Source: Nemertoderma westbladi
Lineage: Eukaryota; Animalia; Xenacoelomorpha
Direction of reading: 5' to 3'
NCBI GenBank assembly: GCA_032718475.1
Contig: JAUCBJ010003506.1
Location: 1-64,000 of the forward strand
Length of the DNA: 64,000 bases
Part shown: one piece after another, positions 1 to 11,932 of the stretch
Numbering within the stretch: position 1 is the stretch's first letter
How the letters are laid out: each line of letters opens with the position of its first letter
Notes under the pieces: model-generated
The model's database searches: none
The model's input: only the letters and a program-made list of their open reading frames with translations
Told to the model about the DNA's origin: nothing
Program-made: the position numbers and the translations under genes

Positions 1-84
1 GTACTGTATAACAAATTATCAGGGATACTAAATACAAAATATGACATGTTCAAGACATTAGTGTCTTATAAATTTGGTTGTTAA

Positions 85-893
85 ACTTCCCTTACGTATT
101 CGAAGGTCCTCACCTGACTTCCGGATCCATGATCCCAGGTAACAGAAGTCGTCCACATGCTCAAGCATACCATCCTTTGAGCTTATGCTCATCCGATCAG
201 AGACTTGCTGAGGACTTTCAAAGTTAACTGTCAGAATTTTGGTCTTTCTGGAGTTAATAAAAAGACCAACACTAGAAGCAGCATGTTCTAATGAGCTGAG
301 GAGCCGCTGGGCTCCCTCTAATGATTCTGAGAGTACTCCTAAGTCATCAGCAAAGTCTAGATCAGTTAGGTACTTGGCACGATTTCCTCGACTTCTGGAG
401 CCAGTAGGTGGAGTTATCATCACCCCATCATCATTATGATGATCTAAGGACATGCGTAGAACATAGTCAACCACAATAATGAACAAGAATGGAGCAAGTG
501 TGTCTCCTTGGAGGACGCCCCATAACACTTCAAATGGTTCTGTGTCACCGTCAACAGTAGACACAAATGTTGTCGAACCATCGTATACTGATCTGATTGC
601 TGCAATAATTTCATCAGGAATCCCATATAATGAAAGTATGCTGAACATACGTGAGCGAGAGACTGAATCAAAGGCCTTGAAGAAGTCAACAAAGATAACA
701 GCCAGATGCCTGTCTTTCTTTTTTGATAACTCTTCAATTATCCTTCTAAGTGCCAAAATGGGCTCCATGGTCCCACGACCTTTACGGAACCCATTCTGAT
801 TTCCACGTAGCAGTCTCTCAATGGGATCCCTGATGCGATTTAATAGAATTCTATTGTATAGTTTTGCAGCAATCGAGATCAATGAGATTCCAT
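85..893 (-). mobile_element. Non-LTR retrotransposon (LINE, RTE-like) reverse transcriptase fragment, truncated at both ends
   Basis: Stop-free ~270-codon frame with RT motifs GISLISIAAKLY, QNGFR, FVDFFKAFDSV, GVLQGDTLAPFLF, DLDFADD, FCYLGS. The clade assignment is inferred. Confidence 0.92.
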
Positions 894-1499
894 GAAAAGA
901 TCCGATGAGTGTTGCACCACATTATTCGAAATTCCCTCCAGTCTTTCAACTTGCTTATAGCAATGTATTGGCGAGACATTAATTATAATCTTTCATTTTT
1001 ATGATATTAATATATATCACAATTGTTCTGACGCGCTAATTCGCACAACTTTTAGTAAAGGAATAGCAATGTAATCTGCATCCCAATCCATGTAGTGGAA
1101 GTTGTTTAATAGGAGATGCGTTCAGCGATAAGCCAATAAGATTCCAGGTAATTCCGCACTATCGCACCATTAGGCATACAGTAGGTATAGAAAAGGAACA
1201 TTTAGAAATTAATAATTCATGTTTTGTAAATAAATACGTATAATTACGTCTAAACTGTGATAAACTACTGAGAATTTATCATGAAAAAATAACTCAACCT
1301 TTAAAATTATTTCAAAATGTGGCCACCCTAACATAAATATTTTATGAAGGTCAACTTCCTCTTGGGTACAGCTAGCTGTGTCCAACCCTACATAACTCGC
1401 TGATTAATAATCATTAACTACTGTGTACGATAATACAAAATTATTAATGACTTCGTTATCTGTCTATTTAGATAGTCAAATTAATAAACAGTTTTTAAC

Positions 1500-1598
1500 T
1501 TTTAATTGACAGGTGGGTGAATTAATATCTTGTGAATTAACGATGTCAATTATCAACTAAGGGAAAGGAGCAGGTTACAGTAACACATTCTTCTAAAA
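1500..1598 (-). repeat. Copy of a dispersed non-coding repeat family (also at ~21780-21930 and ~24656-24765)
   Basis: Its reverse complement (ttagaagaatgtgttactgtaacctgctcctttcccttagttgataattg) matches 21861-21910 (ttagaataacataccacggcaacctgctcctttcccttaattataattg). Confidence 0.65.
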
Positions 1599-4500
1599 AT
1601 TATTAAACGGAAGTCAATATTTCAGGTTACAGTTCAATTTTACAACTACCGAGTATATGTTTTATATAGCTATATCTCTTCTATATAGCATTCCATGGCG
1701 AAATTCAATTGTTAATTTATATATATGAACGGAATTAATTTACATAATTGTGTGAATAGTAGCACTTATGTTATGAACCGAGTGTATGTACCGAGCAAGC
1801 GCAGCGAGGGAGGTTTACATAAATAGCAAGGGTCTCTAACTTTGAATACTTCTTTTTCATACAATGATCGACGTAATTTTGTTACATTATACCAACTTAT
1901 TGGCGTTCTGAACGAATAATTATTTACTTTAATATTATATTTAAGCCTATATCCATTTATTGGAATTAACATCAAATGTGCCCCCAGGTACCCTGGCATT
2001 TCTACATAATATAAAACTAAAATTCAACAATATTTGAAATTGAAACAATATTATCAACTAATAAAACATAATTAATTGGTCATTAAATTGCGTGATACAT
2101 AATAATTAATCACAATAACTGTACGTACGTACAGCCCGTTTCTGATTGGCCCATCTGTAGTCATGGATTTGGCTTGCACTGAGGTACAACAATTATTATT
2201 TAATAAGTCGTAAGTTTCGGAGTCAACTTCCAGGTATGGATGACGATGTGAACACCTACAGATACAGGGGTTACAAAACGTTTTCCAACTCTACTGTACA
2301 GTTCCATTAATACATCCATTGCTAACTCCGCTTTCAGTTTTATTACAAGATTTGGCAACCACACCAGATAGTTCCCCCATTTGCAATTCAGGTTCGGGCG
2401 ACACGTAGCGGGCAAGTTGGGAATATAATAGCAAACGATTTTGGCCTCTTTCTTTATACCAGTCGCAAAATACAGGCGTGCCAGTTAGGCCTATTGTTAT
2501 ATGGGGATGATTACATTATACAATTAATTCGTAATCGGGGAAGGTAATGCCAAAAGCTTGTAAAACTCGCGTGTTGTCACAAATCTTTCGCGAGTTATGA
2601 CAGGATTTCTAATTTTATGGAACCGCCAAAAAATAAACGACTATCAAACCATCTATTACTGTATAAGTTAGAAATATATGATCCATTATGTGGTATCGTT
2701 TGGAGCTGATTCCAAATATAACGAAATATTTCAGAATTGAAAAATTTTTGATTGAATTTTGCTGTATTTCGTATTGGCGCGGCACAGCAATATTATGAAC
2801 TAATTTTCCACTTTTGGTAAAAGTTACAGACAGATCGGAAGAAAATAATACATAAATGATTTTTTTTAAAGCAATCTTAGCAAACAGTAATCATTATACT
2901 GTACTAACTAAGGCTACAGTAGTTATATATTGGATTCCATCCGGGTTCGAGACACGGCGGTGTCCTTTTAATTTTTCGCACAGGCAACGAATTGATGTTT
3001 TGGTATTTCTCACGCGGGATAAACTCGTAATGGTATTTGCAAATACCAATTTCAGCAATCATTTTGCATTCTGTAAATGATATATCACCATATACTTGTA
3101 GGGTATTCAAAGTACCGTGTCAAGTTGGCATGTCGCTTCCTAAATAACTTTAATAATTATCGTATACGACATATTACAGTATGAGGGTGTGTTGGAGACA
3201 TAAAGGCCAAGGCAGAGTAACATAGTAGGGCAGAAGTCATGGTTGAATCGTCGTTGCGATTGAGAATGGGGGAGGGTAACACACCTGGGGTAAAATTGTC
3301 ACATTTTTGGATTTTTATTTGATCTGAATGCAGAATTTATTGGGGATTACGAATCTTAAAACGGCTTGGCGAGATCTTTTTGAGTTCTCGAATTTTCGCT
3401 GTCTTCCCGTTTTCGATTTTTAAATTTATAAAAATACTAGGCCTACTCCTTCACCACTTTTCACTCAAATTCGATAATTTATGGCTCGTTTGAAAGGTTT
3501 TTGAAGACCTTGAACAATTCCCCAGCACATTAAAAAATAAAATTTTGTTTAAATAATATTTCGAATTTTAATCAATTAATTTAATTAATTAATTATAATT
3601 TAAAAAATCGGATTGATAATATTTTTAGATTCGAAAGTGCTGATCTAAAAAAGTTGGTTTCAAAAAATTTGGATAAATATTAAGGGACTAGAAGTGTTTT
3701 TAGTGAAATATTTAATTCCACCGCTCGCCGCTAGAGGGAGACAAAAAAAAATTCAAAATTGATTTTTTGTTGCTCTTTGGCGTTCCAACAATGCTATTGA
3801 TCAACCACACGATATTAGAGCTGTTTAAAATCTTCTGAGGGGTGATCCCCCCCCCCCCCCCCCCTTTAAAATGTAATGATTATTTGTAAAAATTAAAATG
3901 TAATTATACGGAACTACTGCAGCTTCAGCCAACCCAGTTGTAATGAGGACCTTGTATTTGCTGAGAGAGTACAGTAGTGGGAGTATTCTAGTTTGGGAGT
4001 TAGGGTGGCGGCTTCCCCTGCCTTACCAAGCGAGAAGAGACTTCAGTTTGGCTCACTGATGACGATGACTTTACCTTTACGCGGTCATTCTTTGTTGAGA
4101 AGTTTCTCGAAATGGACTTTCATCCCGCCGGTAGGAGTTTAGATCGTGAAGCAGAACTTAATGACTCATCAATAGCGCAACTCCAACTATCTATGTTATT
4201 TCTGGATAAGAGATAGGAAGAGATAGGAAGAGATACGGAAGTCCACTATAGTACTGTATTTAACTTCTATTTAAGTAATGCCTCATTTAGTAAAATTATA
4301 TGGCTGGGGATTAAACACATTTTTGGCACTTTTTTCAAATTATTAATGTGGTAGGCCTACTGGTAGTACCGTAAGTAGTGCGATATAAATGCAAAATCAG
4401 ATAATAACTATAGGCCTACTACTGTATAACTACTGTATAATCACAAAAATAATATCGATATAATACTCCATATAACTGGTAAAATGGAATGAGCTACAAT

Positions 4501-5263
4501 CAACCCAAACCCATACAAACTAATGTAAAAATAATTGCAAAATAACTCAACAGTAAGGTAAAATAAAATGCGTAACACAACATTTCAGACTTTAATTATT
4601 GTTTTTGCAATACTGGGTGGATGATACTGTCTAATAAACATTCCTTACCCTTTTATGAGAAAATAACTTTCTAGTTTACAGGTTCTAGAACACAGAACTA
4701 ATCGAAGGAATGTTTGATGTTATCTCAGATTCGATAGCAAGATGACTTTCTTGTTTTAAGTCGATAATTCAGTGAAAAAAACTTAATTAAAAAGTCTGTT
4801 GAAGCTTAACGGAGACGTTGGTTAATTGTAAATATTTTACGTACATTCGCGCACGGTAAACTTATACCAGAGTATTCCGATAGCCATGAAATTCTACGCT
4901 AATAATAGTTTAGGTACAGAACATTAGTTTAAAGATTAGGTATCACAATACAGTAGACCCAAATAATGCTAATGATAGATCGATTGACAAATAGTTGAGA
5001 AAAAGCGCCACATTAGTAGCTCTACTAATACTGTAGTCACATCATAAGCGAAAGTCTTTGGCGCAGAAAAACGGATTCGTAACGGTACAAGCAATAACAA
5101 AGAAGAACAAAATATTTCCTAAAGTTCCGGTACGCCTACTGTAAGTTTGTGCAAATTTCATATGAAATTTGACATCCATTTAAATGTCTAACTAGTAAAG
5201 TTATATAAAGTTACAAATAATGTTTAAATGTTTTTCTCTCGTCTACAATATGAAGTCACAACT

Positions 5264-5944
5264 TTACATAGTAAGATGATTGAGCAGGAGAGCAACTGCG
5301 GCCAGCATCGCGTTTCCAACGCAAAATGGAGCGGCACTATCGTCTGACTCGTCGTCGTCACTGGAACCGGTTTCGAGACCGGCAACGGCAACGTCTCGGC
5401 CAGTACCGAATATATCATGGCTCCAATCGACTTCACCTCCTTCACGAGGTTCCTTCTCCCACTCTACCGCCTCTAGAGAGGTGCACTTGGCGTCACCATC
5501 GCAACACTTGGACTGCGCCGAGATATGGAATGGTTTCGTACGGTTGAAAGCATCCGTGAACTCATCAACCATGTCAACAGCTTTATCAACGGCTGTATAC
5601 ACCGCCTCGTCGATGTCTATACATGGAATATACTTTGGGGCGCATGAACGAACTTCTATGACCTCGAGTGATTTAATATCTCCAACGAGATTCCCGAGGT
5701 CTTCTGATATAGCACTGACATTCAAGGTTCCCGCTAATTGAATGAACACCTGTAGGCATCCTTTCGAGCATGTTTCTTCCTTTTTCGCCTTATTAAGAAG
5801 AGCGTCCGTAAATGTCTTTAGGGCAGTGTTAGCTACAGGGTAGCTCGCGTAAGGATCTACGCCGATGCCGAGTGTGCAGACGTCACTGGCTGAACCTAAA
5901 GCGGCGAAACTAGAAAGAACCAAGGAAAATATAATGATTGCCAT
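5264..5944 (-). CDS. Intronless secreted, probably GPI-anchored Cys-rich protein (226 aa); possibly a divergent Ly6/uPAR three-finger-like domain
   Basis: ATG at 5944; signal-peptide-like MAIIIFSLVLSSFAALGSA; Cys pattern DVC...TCSKGC...RSC...PC...KCCDGDAKC; acidic/Ser spacer, then a hydrophobic C-terminus (SAAPFCVGNAMLAAVALLLNHLTM). GC content is higher than the flanks. Confidence 0.75.
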   Translation of the reverse strand: MAIIIFSLVLSSFAALGSASDVCTLGIGVDPYASYPVANTALKTFTDALLNKAKKEETCSKGCLQVFIQLAGTLNVSAISEDLGNLVGDIKSLEVIEVRSCAPKYIPCIDIDEAVYTAVDKAVDMVDEFTDAFNRTKPFHISAQSKCCDGDAKCTSLEAVEWEKEPREGGEVDWSHDIFGTGRDVAVAGLETGSSDDDESDDSAAPFCVGNAMLAAVALLLNHLTM

Positions 5945-6853
5945 CGCTACGTGTGTTTCTTTGGTATTTTCCGTTATGTTACCAAAAAACGTCAACCGCA
6001 ATTAATTCTATTTGTACATTAAAGATTTGATGGTAGAAGAAACTAAATTGAAATGTGTAGAGTCGTTCTGAATTTATACTACTGTAAGTCTGTTTAAAAG
6101 CCACATGTAAAGAATACCAGGATTTCTATGGGTACTATAGACAATACAATTATTGGAAAGATATGTTAAATATATAAAATGAATATTGTTTTTGTTTTCT
6201 AAATTGTCAAGTAAAACTAATCCACATTAATGCACTACACCATGACTGTCAGACTGGCGCCTAGTGTTTGGGCAATTGCTTAACATGGAATTGTTTGTAC
6301 GTGATTTTTTGTGAAATCTCTATCAGTTATGTTGGCAGTGACCATTCCAGAACTTCGTTAAATTATTTATCAGATCGTAAATGCATTGATGATTGATAGT
6401 AGATGCGGCGCAATACAAGCAGGAACACTGCCTAGCGTAGACAAAATAAAAAGTCAAAGATACCAATTTTGTCTGTTTATATTGCATGAAAGTGAAAAGT
6501 GAAAAAAATTACTGGTAGGTAGTGAGAGTTTTGAAGGTAACTGAAAACTGAAAAACCAACTGTCAAGTATACATATATTATCATAATGGTCTTTTGTAAT
6601 GTTCTTGCGGTCACTTAGCAGCATTATTGCGGGCACTAAGATGTCCCATAGGACGTTAGTGCAAGTAATATACAACAGGCCATGAAGACATTTCCCGCTT
6701 CTTTAGTTCCTGCTGATGCAAACGAGTTGTTACTTTCTTAAACTTCAAAGGTACAAATTTAAAGTATTTAGTTCCCTCATCTCGTTATTTAACATTTTAA
6801 TTTCAACTTGGATCTTTTATGATTAAAAAATTAATTAACCTCAGCTAGACAGG

Positions 6854-6979
6854 CCCATGTGAAGAATACCAGACTTTCTGCCGTTATATTTCACTTTGCA
6901 GTTACCCCCATGTGAAGAATACCAGACTTTCTGCCGTTATATTTCACTTTGCAGTTACCCCCATGTGAAGAATATCAGG
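6854..6979. repeat. 53-bp tandem duplication (~2.4 copies)
   Basis: cccatgtgaagaataccagactttctgccgttatatttcactttgcagttacc starts at 6854 and 6907, with a partial copy at 6960. Confidence 0.9.
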
Positions 6980-7676
6980 TTTTCATCAAAAACACAGGTT
7001 ACAGAAGGGTTGAATTTAACCAAAACAATAAACGAATTAGTATATGTACAGGTTATAAGACATAAATAAGCGCTATAAAACACTTAATAAAGATAAATTA
7101 AAAAAAATAAAAAATCTTTATATATAAAATTCTAATAAAAAGTCGACCGAAAAGTGAAATCCTGGTATTGAAGGTATGATAGTGACGAAACATCGTCACT
7201 GACATAGAACGTATCGGCGTGTGGCAAACCGAACGTGAAAAACAATACGAAACTTTTTTGTATTTCGTATCGTATCTTGGATTTTTCGTATCGTATCGTA
7301 TCCTGTCCCTGGCCATTGACTCTACTATTACAATAATTTTTCAATTTTACGTAAAGGAAGTGAATTTTTCACAATTTAATCTCAAATGTTCTCTTATAAT
7401 GTTGAGGTACGATCTGGGAAAGACCTGTCCCATTTTCGTCATTGCTATTTTTTCTAAAAATCTTAAAATTACATTAGAAGTAGCAGCCAGCAGGTACAAC
7501 TTTGGTTAAGTGGACCAGATATATACAACAAACAGTTTCATACCGGTTAAACGGTTAGTGTAATTTATTTAATATATTGCAATATTTCATTGATTACAGT
7601 TAAATTAGCAATAAAATAATCCTAAGAGATTACTTTACTAAGTCCGTTAAGAGATTACTTTACCGACTTTATAAGA

Positions 7677-7809
7677 CTATTTTACGGATTGGGGAGTACC
7701 CGGTGATGGAGTTTGGGTTTGCTGGATTTTTTGTTGGAGTTTCGTAATTTTTTCTTGGCAACTTTTCTGTTTCTCCTCGAGTGCACCAACATTCATATCG
7801 ATTCGTTTA
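7677..7809 (-). CDS. PFDN6: Prefoldin subunit 6, coding exon 3 (last)
   Basis: Acceptor TTCTTGCAG at 7810; the phase-2 join gives Ile, then KRIDMNVGALEEKQKSCQEKITKLQQKIQ...; TAG at 7677. The three exons total 402 nt (133 aa). Confidence 0.9.
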
Positions 7810-8045
7810 CTGCAAGAATAACAAACAATATTGTAAACAATTTGATGAGAGTGGCTGGAGACAATGTATTGGATAACAACTGTGATAAAAATACGATCTA
7901 CTAACAAAAACACGAATCTCTTTTGGATTTTTCCTAATGGTTTCGTATTTTCTCATAATCACATTAGTATCGAATCGTATCATGACAGATAGTTCGTATC
8001 GCATGCATATCCTTTCCCCGGCAGAACTTTTAAATAAATACTCAC

Positions 8046-8241
8046 ATTTCACCTTGAATGTAATCAATCCGCTTGTCAACAGTACTCTTAGCCTCCTCGA
8101 GATCTTGTTTCACAAGAACCGGCCCAATTAGTTTATATACGTTGGCATCGCCCTCCAATATATTGAATTCATTCTTCACCATATTATTCTCATGTAGTTG
8201 CCCATCCAGTGTTTGTTTTAGTTGAATAAGTTTTGACAATT
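8046..8241 (-). CDS. PFDN6: Prefoldin subunit 6, coding exon 2
   Basis: TTTTCAG acceptor and GTGAG donor; encodes LDGQLHENNMVKNEF...VYKLIGPVLVKQDLEEAKSTVDKRIDYIQGE, the PFDN6/KE2/YKE2 signature. Confidence 0.95.
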
Positions 8242-8812
8242 CTGAAAATAATAATAATAAAGGTTTCAAATAATTGGGTTGTCGCCCAGTTCTGTTCTCA
8301 TGGCCAAATTTTACAATGCCCATAATATAATTTTTAAAGGAAAATAATTATTTGATTATACTAAAGGCATTCTCCTGATTTCATAAAATTTCCCCCTTTT
8401 TGAATGAAAAATTAGAAAAAAAACATAGTTTTTAACTTTTTTTAATGTTGAATTGTTTTACAAAATTGCCAATTAACAGAAATAGAAAATACAAAAAGTG
8501 ACCATTCAAAAAATGTGGTTTCGAAAAATAAAAATAACGGAGGAGTCTATTTAGATAAATTTTTAAAATCTCACGCTGTCAGCTAGGGGACGCCAAAAAT
8601 GTTGCTTTTTTAAAATTTTTATTTACTTTATTTCATTCTCTTTTCGATGGTATATCGTATTCTATTCATTTTTCAACCACATTGGAGAAATATAATACAA
8701 ATTTAAAAAGCCCCTTAAAATGATTGACAAATAATATAAAATCACAGATTTTGAAAAATATGTGGTTTCCTTTATAATATATTCTTAAGGTACCGGCAAG
8801 CCGACTTTAGAG

Positions 8813-8987
8813 GGGTGTAAACGCTACGTCGACAACCGAAAACCACTGCCGACAACATGAAAATGTAATCTGAGTTCGTGACTCTCGTTTATTGTTTTGC
8901 TTAGAATAACCTTTATATTCCTTTCCCTCAATAAATAAATAACAATAATTAGATTTAATATTGGTTGTCGGCGTAGCGTTTACACAC
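8813..8987. mobile_element. MITE with ~25-bp TIRs and 9-bp TSD (Mutator-like), in PFDN6 intron 1
   Basis: TIRs GGGTGTAAACGCTACGTCGACAACC / GGTTGTCGGCGTAGCGTTTACACAC; flanking direct repeat ACTTTAGAG at 8804-8812 and 8988-8996. Confidence 0.75.
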
Positions 8988-9006
8988 ACTTTAGAGGGGT
9001 TAATTC

Positions 9007-9238
9007 AACGTTACAATAGGGTCTGAGTTGGGAACTTCCCTCGCTGCTTAAACTCATATCTCCTTTAAATAAAATAACTAATATGTTTCTGCCGTCTAGT
9101 TTGGTTAATGGTTAGGCATTGCTTTACTCTGATGATGGCCCTCCCTAGTGGCAGTTTTAAACATATTACTTATTTTATTTAAAGATGATGAGTTTTAGCA
9201 ACGAGGGAGGTCCCCAACTCAGACCCTATGGTAACGTT
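9007..9238. mobile_element. Fold-back element with ~90-bp inverted arms in PFDN6 intron 1 (MITE or Penelope-derived)
   Basis: aacgttacaatagggtctgagttggg...aaataaaataa at 9007 is the near reverse complement of 9146-9238; a CTGATGA motif lies in the spacer. Confidence 0.75.
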
Positions 9239-9486
9239 TATAATATATTAAATAATACTTGATACGGTAGGTAACAGGTCCAGCTACAATTTAATATATA
9301 ATTTTTGAGTGCAAATGTTCCAGGACATAATCAAAATTTGTATTAACTTTGTAAATTTCCAAGTCAACATCAACGTAACTATGTCATGGCAATGGTAAGC
9401 AGATCGGTATGGCAGGTACCAGTGTACCGTACCGGGTCAGTACTAATGTACCGAACAGCCGACTAAAGTATCCAGAAGAAACAAAC

Positions 9487-9559
9487 CTTTTGATGTAGCT
9501 CCAAACTCTTCTACCAGTTTCTGGAAATCTTTTTGAGCTTGAGCTGGTACCGATGCCAT
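9487..9559 (-). CDS. PFDN6: Prefoldin subunit 6, coding exon 1
   Basis: ATG at 9559 gives MASVPAQAQKDFQKLVEEFGATSK, then a G|GTTTGT donor; phase 1 joins exon 2 in frame (GAA, Glu). Confidence 0.85.
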
Positions 9560-11441
9560 AATATTGTTAAATATATATAATATACAACACAAACTAAACA
9601 GCTAAAATAGGCACGGTACAGAGATATGGTATCTGTGGTACACAATAACTAAAGAAGGGTTCAACAAAAATGAATCTACTTAAACTACATACCGATACCG
9701 ACACCCAACTGTCGTGGATTGATTAACTGCTATATACAATGTGAGCAACCAAATATGTTATTACCATACAATTATTTATAAATTATTAAAAATGTCCATT
9801 ATATTTTCAGATTTATGTTGAAGTAAGTCGTAAACAACGTAGAGAATGCTTTAAATCTATAAAAGCTCAGAAGTTGCTGACATACTGCGGATTGATGAGA
9901 AGTGGAACGACCGGAGATGGGGACTCGTAAAGGTTCTCGTTAATTACTTGCTTCTGGAACCGGTGTAGAGATGTGGTGCGCGGGTGCAGCCGAAGTACAG
10001 CAATATCAGTTGCACCGGTAATGATATAGATGCTGCGAGGCTAAGCTCAGCATGATTTTGTTATCAGTTGGCGTAGCTTTGGACCGAGGCCGCGCAGGAT
10101 TTTTCGCAATGGGCAGATGGGCGCCGCGTTAGGCATAGTCACATAGATCAAAAGTTATCAACTAAAACTAAATTAAGTTAAAATCAGTCAATGCAATACA
10201 AGCGTACCCGTACACCAGACACAACCAACAACTACCACCAGCACCACGTCTACCACGCACGACGCACCCCGACCCCACCAGCCAGCCAACACAGCACCAC
10301 TACCAGATGCCAGACTACCTGACAGCCTGACTACCACTACAGTCATGCTGTCATGACAGTACTGCAGTAGTCTGGTAGTACTAGTACACTGCAGCACTGT
10401 GCTCGTGCTGCAGCTGCACTGTAGTATCTGAGTACAGGAGTAGGCTACCCCTATTCCTATATGCCTGTCAGCCTGTACAGCTGTATGCCTATGCTGCTAT
10501 GTATACTGCCAGACTGCAGTACTGGATACTGGACTGCCGTTCCGTTACGCAGGTACGGTCACTGTCACACTGGTACCTGGGTACAGTCCTGCAGGACTGC
10601 TGTCTACAGTGGCAGCCTGGCAGATACAGGCCCAGGCAGCCAGCAGGTACTGAGGCAGTGAGGTAGCAGGTACAGAGCAGCAGAGGTAAGACAGTAAGAT
10701 CTGAAGATGGGCTATTCACTGCAGCACGACATTGCCGAAACCCAGGAAACCACATACAAACCTACAGAACTACCCATCCCCATCCCGGTCTGTGACTGTG
10801 AGTATACAGCTGTCTGCTGGTCTGTTTGAATAGCGAACACCCACTTTTTATCGTCCAGACCGTCTGACAGTAGTATGTACAATGTATCATACCGCAGTAC
10901 AGCAGTACCGGTACTGCAGTACTGTCCAGAGTCAGCTGGTAATATAATAGTGTTGCCAGGTAACGGGAACAACGTCAGAATTTATTAGTAGGCGGCCTGA
11001 TGTTCTGCGTTGAAAAGTTCGAGACAGTTGCTATATACTGTTATTCAAGCCAAACAGGAATTCTATTATTTTTTCCCCCAAGAAATCACATTATATTTCA
11101 GACAAAAGATTGTCAGATTGTTGTATAGTAATAGTACTGTAGTAGTACAGTATATTACTGTATGTGATACAAACTGTTATACTTGTTAAAGTACTTTGGG
11201 ACCGCTGGGACCTGACACCTGGGAGTGTATTTCCTGACTGCGCGTTTCATTTGCTATTCATTCTACTTTGGCACCCAAAATTAAAAAAATTTATTAAATT
11301 GTTTCTTCAGTTTGTTTTTGGTAGAATTTTATTTCATATATGTAATGCTACGATTAATTTTTACATACATTTCTTTAAAAAAACTTACTCCGGAGTCCAG
11401 TGTACATTTACTATAATCCGATCTAAAACTATCAATAAATA
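9560..11441. promoter_or_regulatory. Putative bidirectional promoter / 5' UTR region between divergent PFDN6 and CCDC33-like genes
   Basis: The start codons point away from each other ~1.9 kb apart; there is a CpG-containing, GC-elevated patch at ~9950-10140. Inferred from geometry only. Confidence 0.45.
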
Positions 11442-11764
11442 ATGGCTGAGACAATAACACCACGTGATGCGTCTTCTCAAGATGCGAATTCAATAGAAGA
11501 CAAAGAGTTGGAGTTTCGTTTCCGAATTGTTGATATTCAATTCAATCAAAAGGGGGAATATTTTCTCACACTGTCGATACAAAATTCGAGCCCGGAAGCT
11601 GAGAAGTTATACAAGAATATTCGAGTTGCCGTCAACGATAAGTACGATTCTATGGTTAGCGATGGGAAGGCTAACACCGATACTGTTCAACAGAATGATC
11701 TTGATTCACAACTTCAGTTCAACAATCACACATTCTCGTTTTTGTTGCCCCGAGGATTTTGCAG
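11442..11764 (+). CDS. CCDC33: CCDC33-like (C2-domain/coiled-coil protein), first coding exon
   Basis: EDKELEFRFRIVDIQFNQKGEYFLTLS...TDTVQQ...FSFLLPRGFC resembles, from memory, the N-terminus of vertebrate long CCDC33 ([27 protein letters not shown]...FTLPKGFC). Donor GCAG|GTAATT, phase 2. Confidence 0.8.
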
Positions 11765-11932
11765 GTAATTGTAACTACCGGTACTGTAGTAATACTACTG
11801 TATACCTTCAGTACTAAACTATTTACACCGCCTAAAACTAACACTACAGTACACTATTTAATTATATCCATCTATAATCGGCCCGCAGCATTGCGGGTGC
11901 AGCTTCACATTGAGATGCTATGCTATCACCAT

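Noticed and set aside
2200-2490. Cys/Trp-containing minus-strand frames (NCKWG..., KSCN..., FCNPCICRC), faintly thrombospondin-like
   Set aside because: Requires frameshifts and a stop, and no partner exons were found; cannot be supported without a search.
4055-4080. CTGATGA motif as a hammerhead core (also at ~13217)
   Set aside because: No stem II plus GAAA box follows.
5945-6001. N-terminal extension of the 245-aa ORF from a TTG start
   Set aside because: In a eukaryotic gene the ATG at 5944 directly precedes the signal peptide.
8242-8323. ORF-track N-terminus MGIVKFGHEN... of the prefoldin ORF
   Set aside because: Intronic read-through; the true exon 1 is 9487-9559.
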